Source: an uncultured Pelagibacteraceae bacterium (lineage in GTDB: Bacteria; Pseudomonadota; Alphaproteobacteria; Pelagibacterales; Pelagibacteraceae). Taken from it: 64,000 nucleotides of DNA. The stretch spans positions 105,545 through 169,544 of the forward strand of contig CACKAJ010000002.1 of NCBI GenBank assembly GCA_902598125.1, read 5' to 3'. The translations under genes were made by a program, and so were the position numbers. Under the pieces are notes generated by a model. The model was not told where the DNA came from. It was given only the letters and a program-made list of their open reading frames with translations, and made no database searches. Below, piece after piece: positions 59,194 through 64,000 of this stretch (positions are counted from its first letter, which is position 1; each line of letters starts with the position of its first letter).

Positions 59194-59984
59194 TATTCGT
59201 CTACTCCTAGGTAGGCTTCAATAACCTCTTTGCTATTTTTAGTTTGATCAGCTGTTCCTTCAAATATTTTCTTACCATAGTTTAAAACAACAACATGATC
59301 AGAAATTCCCATCACTACACTCATGTCATGTTCAATTAATAAAATTCCTGTTTGTTTCTCTGTTTTAATAAATTTTAATAATTTATTTAATTCCGCAGAC
59401 TCTTTTGGATTTAATCCTGCAGCTGGTTCATCTAAGCACAATAACCTTGGTTCAATACACATTGCACGAACAATTTCTAATTTTCTTTGATCTCCGTAAG
59501 GTAGATCACCAGCATTATCATCTGCTCGGTGTGTTAATCCAATAATATCCAACCAGTATTTTGCTTTATCAACCGCTAGCTGTTCTTTGTCTCTATAGGT
59601 TTTAAGATTAAGTAAGCCAAATAAAGAATAACCAGAAGCAACCATTAATTCATTGTGTTGAGCAACTAATAAATTTTCAAGAACTGACATTGCTGGGAAT
59701 AATCTAATATTTTGAAAAGTTCTAGCCACCTTCGCTACATAAGCTATTTTAAAGTCAGTATATTTTCTTAGTGAAATTTTGCTATCATCTTTATGTAAGA
59801 ACATTTGACCATTGGTAGGTTTATAAAATCCTGTTAGGCAATTAAATACAGTTGTTTTTCCTGCACCGTTAGGTCCAATGATAGATGTAATTTGATTATG
59901 TTTTGCATCAAAACTTAAATCATCAATTGCGGTTAAACCACCAAACTTCATTGTTAAATTTTCTACTGATAATAAGTTGCTCAT
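59193..59984 (-). CDS. livG: BCAA ABC transporter ATPase
   Basis: GPNGAGKTT, RTFQNIRLF, LPYG.QR, DEPAAGLN. Confidence 0.95.
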   Translation of the reverse strand: MSNLLSVENLTMKFGGLTAIDDLSFDAKHNQITSIIGPNGAGKTTVFNCLTGFYKPTNGQMFLHKDDSKISLRKYTDFKIAYVAKVARTFQNIRLFPAMSVLENLLVAQHNELMVASGYSLFGLLNLKTYRDKEQLAVDKAKYWLDIIGLTHRADDNAGDLPYGDQRKLEIVRAMCIEPRLLCLDEPAAGLNPKESAELNKLLKFIKTEKQTGILLIEHDMSVVMGISDHVVVLNYGKKIFEGTADQTKNSKEVIEAYLGVDE

Positions 59985-61249
59985 TTCTTATCTCCATGCA
60001 TAAGAATAGTTGGCTTCCTATTTGCTAAAATTCCTTTTGGTTTAAACACCATAATTAAAACCATCGCTCCCCCAAAAGCGATCATCCTATATTGTTCTAA
60101 ATCTCTAAACATTTCTGTAATTCCTATTAAGAAAATTGATGCGAGAACTACTCCGGTTTGTGAGCCCATACCGCCTAATACAACAATTGCAACAATGATA
60201 GCTGACTCAATAAATGTAAAACTTTCTGGGCTTATAAATGCTTGTCGTGTTGCAAAAAAAGAACCTGCAAAACCGCCAAACATAGCACCAATTGCAAAAG
60301 CAGTTAATTTTGTATTTGTAGGATTTACACCTAAAGATTTGCAAGCGATCTCATCTTCTCTTAAAGCCTCCCAAGCCCTACCAACAGGAAGTTTTCTTAT
60401 CTTAAGCGTAAAATAATTTGTAATTAAGGCTAATACTAAAATTAAATAGTATAGAAATATTATTCGATGCATTGTTGAATATTCAAGATTGAAAAACAAA
60501 TGAAAACTTGTTTCCCCCTCATCTGGTGATCTTTTAAAAGGAAGACCAAAGAAAGATGGTCGTGGTATTCCTGTAATTCCATCAGGACCATTTGTTACTT
60601 CATACCAATTAATTAAAATTATTCTTATAATTTCTCCAAATCCTAAAGTAACAATCGCAAGATAATCTCCTCTTAATCTTAAAACAGGAAAGCCAAGTAA
60701 AATTCCAAAAAAAGCTGCAAACACTCCTGCTAAAGGTAAACAAATCCAAAAAGACCAACCAAAAGTAGTTGCGATCAATGCATATGAATATGCACCAACT
60801 GCATAGAAGGCTACATAACCTAAATCGAGAAGCCCTGCTAAACCAACTACGATATTTAAACCCCAACCAAGCATGATGTAGGTTAAAATCATTATAGCAA
60901 CATCCATAAAGTATCTGTCGGTAAAAGGTAGAAACGGAAACACGACAGCAAATAAGATTGCAGTAATAGCAAAGTGTTTTGCTTTGTCTTCAGTTATCGC
61001 TGAAAACTTAGATGTAAACTTTGAAAAAAAAGTAATTTCAGTTTTTCTAGCAGAATTTAAATTAATTAAAAATCGTCCTAAAATACAAAGTCCAACTAAT
61101 AAAAAAACTATTCCCCATTGAGGAGTGATAAATAAACCTTCTCCTTTAGATGCAGTTCTAAGACCAACTATCGGGCCAAACAAAGCTAATGCGATTAAGC
61201 CTGTAAATAAACTATCTTTAAATGACTGAATGATATCTTTCTTTTCCAT
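59981..61249 (-). CDS. livM: BCAA ABC transporter permease
   Basis: GLNIVVGLAGLLDLGY, LRLRGDYLAIVTLGFGE, VVLGGMGS. Confidence 0.95.
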   Translation of the reverse strand: MEKKDIIQSFKDSLFTGLIALALFGPIVGLRTASKGEGLFITPQWGIVFLLVGLCILGRFLINLNSARKTEITFFSKFTSKFSAITEDKAKHFAITAILFAVVFPFLPFTDRYFMDVAIMILTYIMLGWGLNIVVGLAGLLDLGYVAFYAVGAYSYALIATTFGWSFWICLPLAGVFAAFFGILLGFPVLRLRGDYLAIVTLGFGEIIRIILINWYEVTNGPDGITGIPRPSFFGLPFKRSPDEGETSFHLFFNLEYSTMHRIIFLYYLILVLALITNYFTLKIRKLPVGRAWEALREDEIACKSLGVNPTNTKLTAFAIGAMFGGFAGSFFATRQAFISPESFTFIESAIIVAIVVLGGMGSQTGVVLASIFLIGITEMFRDLEQYRMIAFGGAMVLIMVFKPKGILANRKPTILMHGDKK

Positions 61250-62160
61250 TAAACTTTCTCGATATCAGGTTTTCCAAGAAATCCAGTTGGAAAGAAAATT
61301 AAAACTACAATTAAAACACTAAAGGCTGCAACATCTTTATATTCAAGTGAAACATATCCAGCCCAGAAGGTTTCTATAAGTCCGATTAACAAGCCACCTA
61401 ACATTGCTCCGGGCAATGATCCAATTCCTCCTAACACTGCTGCAGTAAAGGCTTTTATTCCAGCTAAGAACCCAATGTAAAAATCAATTACACCGTAATA
61501 AAGAACAAACATCATTCCAGCTACTGATGCTAATGAGGAACCAATAATAAACGTTATTGATATTGTTCTATCTACATTTATTCCTAACAATGCAGTCATT
61601 GTTCTATCTTGTTCGCAAGCTCTTTGGGCTCTACCTAAATCCGTTTTAGTAATAAGATAAGTAAAAATACCCATTAAAATTATTGTTAAGATAACTATAA
61701 AAATTTGAAGGTAACTAACTGTAACAATAAACTCAGAATTCTTAAAAAATTCTAAACCTCCACTTATCAACGGTTGCATAGGCTTTACTCTAGCCCCTTG
61801 AGCTACTTGAACGTAATTTTGTAAAACAATAGACATACCTAATGCAGAAATAAGTGGAGCTAATCTGAAAGATCCTCTTAATGGTTTGTAAGCTAATTTT
61901 TCAACTGTCCATCCATAGCAAGCCGTAAAAAGCATAGCTATTAATAAAACTAAAAGTAAAATAATTGGTAAAGCTACTCCAGTTAAACCAAAAATAATAA
62001 ATGAAATCAAAGCTACGAAAGCTCCAATCATAAAGATATCACCGTGAGCAAAGTTGATCATTCCAATAATTCCATAGACCATGGTGTAACCAATTGCGAT
62101 AAGTCCATAAATCGAACCTAAAGTAATCCCGTTAACTAATTGTTGTATAAAATATTCCAT
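61249..62160 (-). CDS. livH: BCAA ABC transporter permease
   Basis: GYTMVYGIIGMINFAHG, KAFTAAVLGGIGS. Confidence 0.95.
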   Translation of the reverse strand: MEYFIQQLVNGITLGSIYGLIAIGYTMVYGIIGMINFAHGDIFMIGAFVALISFIIFGLTGVALPIILLLVLLIAMLFTACYGWTVEKLAYKPLRGSFRLAPLISALGMSIVLQNYVQVAQGARVKPMQPLISGGLEFFKNSEFIVTVSYLQIFIVILTIILMGIFTYLITKTDLGRAQRACEQDRTMTALLGINVDRTISITFIIGSSLASVAGMMFVLYYGVIDFYIGFLAGIKAFTAAVLGGIGSLPGAMLGGLLIGLIETFWAGYVSLEYKDVAAFSVLIVVLIFFPTGFLGKPDIEKV

Positions 62161-62163
62161 GAT

Positions 62164-62928
62164 TTACTTACTTACTCTTTTATTTACATTTTCAAGAGCT
62201 TTGATGAACTTAGTAAAGAATTTTCCTTTTTTCAATTCATTAAGAACCTGCATATTTAGGCCTTTTGGTGTCTGTGAGTCAGCTACGAGTTTTTTAAAGC
62301 CTTGAGATGATTTGTTTAAGGCATCCTGACTTAAAGCTAAAAATAATTCAGCTACATACGTGTCAGCAAGTTTTTTGTTAATACCTTTTTTACTTAACCA
62401 TTTAGAACTCGTATTAAGTATTTCATAGTATGTTGCCATTAAAGAAGCAGTAGACCAAAACTTGTAGCTTAGATTTTCATTTCTTACTTCTAGAACTCGC
62501 CCTAAATGTTTAAAAATATTCTTAGCAAACTTACTTGGCGGACAAACAATAACTGGTCCTTTTTTAATTTCAATCGGAGGTAAAGGTATAGCTCTTGCAA
62601 TATTTTTATTCTTTGTAATTTTTTTAAGCTTATCTAAATTAATTGTCGAAATAAGACTTATTATTTTTTTGTTTTTTGAAAATTTCAATTTTGGTAATAT
62701 TTTATTACCAACATTAGGTGTAACACCCAATAATATTACTGAGGATTTATCTATTATTTCTTGATTATTGTTTAATACTTTTATTTTTCCATAACTTTTA
62801 GAGAGTTTTTTAGCTATGTTTCTATTTCTTGAAGATATATAAATTCTCTTAATTTTTAGCTTTGATTTAAAAATACCAAAAATAATTGATGATGAAATTT
62901 TACCAGTTCCTATAAATCCTAAATTCAT
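62164..62928 (-). CDS. Pyrroline-5-carboxylate reductase-like protein
   Basis: GFIGTGKI, RAIPLP, QTPKGLN; divergent ProC family. Confidence 0.75.
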   Translation of the reverse strand: MNLGFIGTGKISSSIIFGIFKSKLKIKRIYISSRNRNIAKKLSKSYGKIKVLNNNQEIIDKSSVILLGVTPNVGNKILPKLKFSKNKKIISLISTINLDKLKKITKNKNIARAIPLPPIEIKKGPVIVCPPSKFAKNIFKHLGRVLEVRNENLSYKFWSTASLMATYYEILNTSSKWLSKKGINKKLADTYVAELFLALSQDALNKSSQGFKKLVADSQTPKGLNMQVLNELKKGKFFTKFIKALENVNKRVSK

Positions 62929-62930
62929 GA

Positions 62931-64000
62931 ATGATGCAGAATAACCAAGCTATTCCTTTTAATAAAGAAAATTTTAAACAGATTTTTTCAATACCTTTTA
63001 TATCTGTCATCATAATATCAATACCTAGTGCTTTAATAGCTGAATATTTTAACGTACCTTTATCCTGGTTCTTAGGGCCAATGCTTATAACTTCTTTGGC
63101 TTCATTAATGGGTCTCAAGACCAAAATGCCTAGATTAATATTATCTTCTACATTAATAATTCTTGGACTTTATATTGGTAACTACATAGACAAAGATTTA
63201 TTCAGTCAAATGCAGGATTGGATCTGGACCTCTTTGATTATGTTAATTTACATAATTTTAAGTGTTCTAATCGTTTCAAAATATTTAGAAAAGTTTTCTA
63301 AATATGAAAAAAAAACATCTATTTTTTCAGCTGCACCAGGAGCATTAGGTCCACTGATGATACTGGCTGAAGATGCAAAAACTGACTTAAGCCAAGTAGC
63401 TACTTCTCATCTAATAAGATTAATTATTATAATTACAGTATTTCCATTTATCGTAAATAGTTTTTACAATGTAGATAGCGCGATTATTTCTGAAGAGATA
63501 ATTACTAATCAAAATTTTTATCACTTAATGATTTTGATTGCATCATCTATAATTTTAATTCTATTTTTTGAAAAGATAAAAATTCCAGCTGCTTTACTAA
63601 CAGGTACATTAGTAGCCAGCGGTTTTCTTCAAATCACAGAAATCGCAAGTTACAAGGTTTCTTCCGATATTATAGATTATTGTCTATTAATTTTAGGTTC
63701 CTCAGTTGGTTGTAGATTTGCAGACAAAACTTTTAGTGAAATTGGAAGAAATGCTTTACATAGTTTTGTAGCAACTTTCTTATTGGTGATATTAGGTTTT
63801 ATTTCTGCTTTAGTTGCAAGTTTAGTGATTGATAAAAACTTTTTTACTTTACTGCTTTCGTATTGCCCCGGTGGAATTTATGAAGTTGCAGTAATCGCAA
63901 TCTTCTTTAATTTGGACCCTGAGTTTGTCTCATTTCATCATATTATAAGGTTACTTATGATATTGCTTGCAGTTCCAATTATTCTAAAAATAATTTCTAA
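62931..64000 (+). CDS. AbrB family membrane protein; runs off the window
   Basis: Read manually: VPLSWFLGPM, APGALG, CPGGIYEV, HIIR; exact start uncertain. Confidence 0.85.
   Translation, partial: MMQNNQAIPFNKENFKQIFSIPFISVIIISIPSALIAEYFNVPLSWFLGPMLITSLASLMGLKTKMPRLILSSTLIILGLYIGNYIDKDLFSQMQDWIWTSLIMLIYIILSVLIVSKYLEKFSKYEKKTSIFSAAPGALGPLMILAEDAKTDLSQVATSHLIRLIIIITVFPFIVNSFYNVDSAIISEEIITNQNFYHLMILIASSIILILFFEKIKIPAALLTGTLVASGFLQITEIASYKVSSDIIDYCLLILGSSVGCRFADKTFSEIGRNALHSFVATFLLVILGFISALVASLVIDKNFFTLLLSYCPGGIYEVAVIAIFFNLDPEFVSFHHIIRLLMILLAVPIILKIIS

Noticed and set aside
62931-64000. Ammonia monooxygenase
   Set aside because: AbrB-family proteins often carry this label, but the sequence has no AmoA/B/C features.

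Overview
Very AT-rich, gene-dense window with minimal spacers; gene content and organisation point to a SAR11/Pelagibacterales alphaproteobacterium (inference). From left to right it holds: a carbamoyltransferase-DUF5989-SxtJ trio; an organosulfur/sulfite cluster (xsc, suyAB, tauE, aprMBA, and a stand-alone HxGH nucleotidyltransferase, with no sat in the window); CADD, MFS, metC, mnmA, cysQ and recX; two tandem amt genes; hup, rseP, an LsrB/VtlR-like LysR, acuI, folE and hisI; a ~13 kb light/oxidative-stress block (two unusual photolyases, msrA, tspO, furan-fatty-acid-type ufaD/O/M genes); gcvTHP behind a tandem glycine riboswitch; prpD-acnA; a small cytochrome cluster; livHMGFK; and a partial AbrB gene. 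I saw no tRNA, rRNA, CRISPR array or mobile element. The most promising unexplained signals are an unassigned ~185-nt multi-stem RNA after mnmA, an AbcR-like anti-SD RNA in the amt 3'UTR, a candidate Sat substitute beside aprMBA, and several unannotated microproteins. All family calls come from motif recognition by eye; no database search was run.
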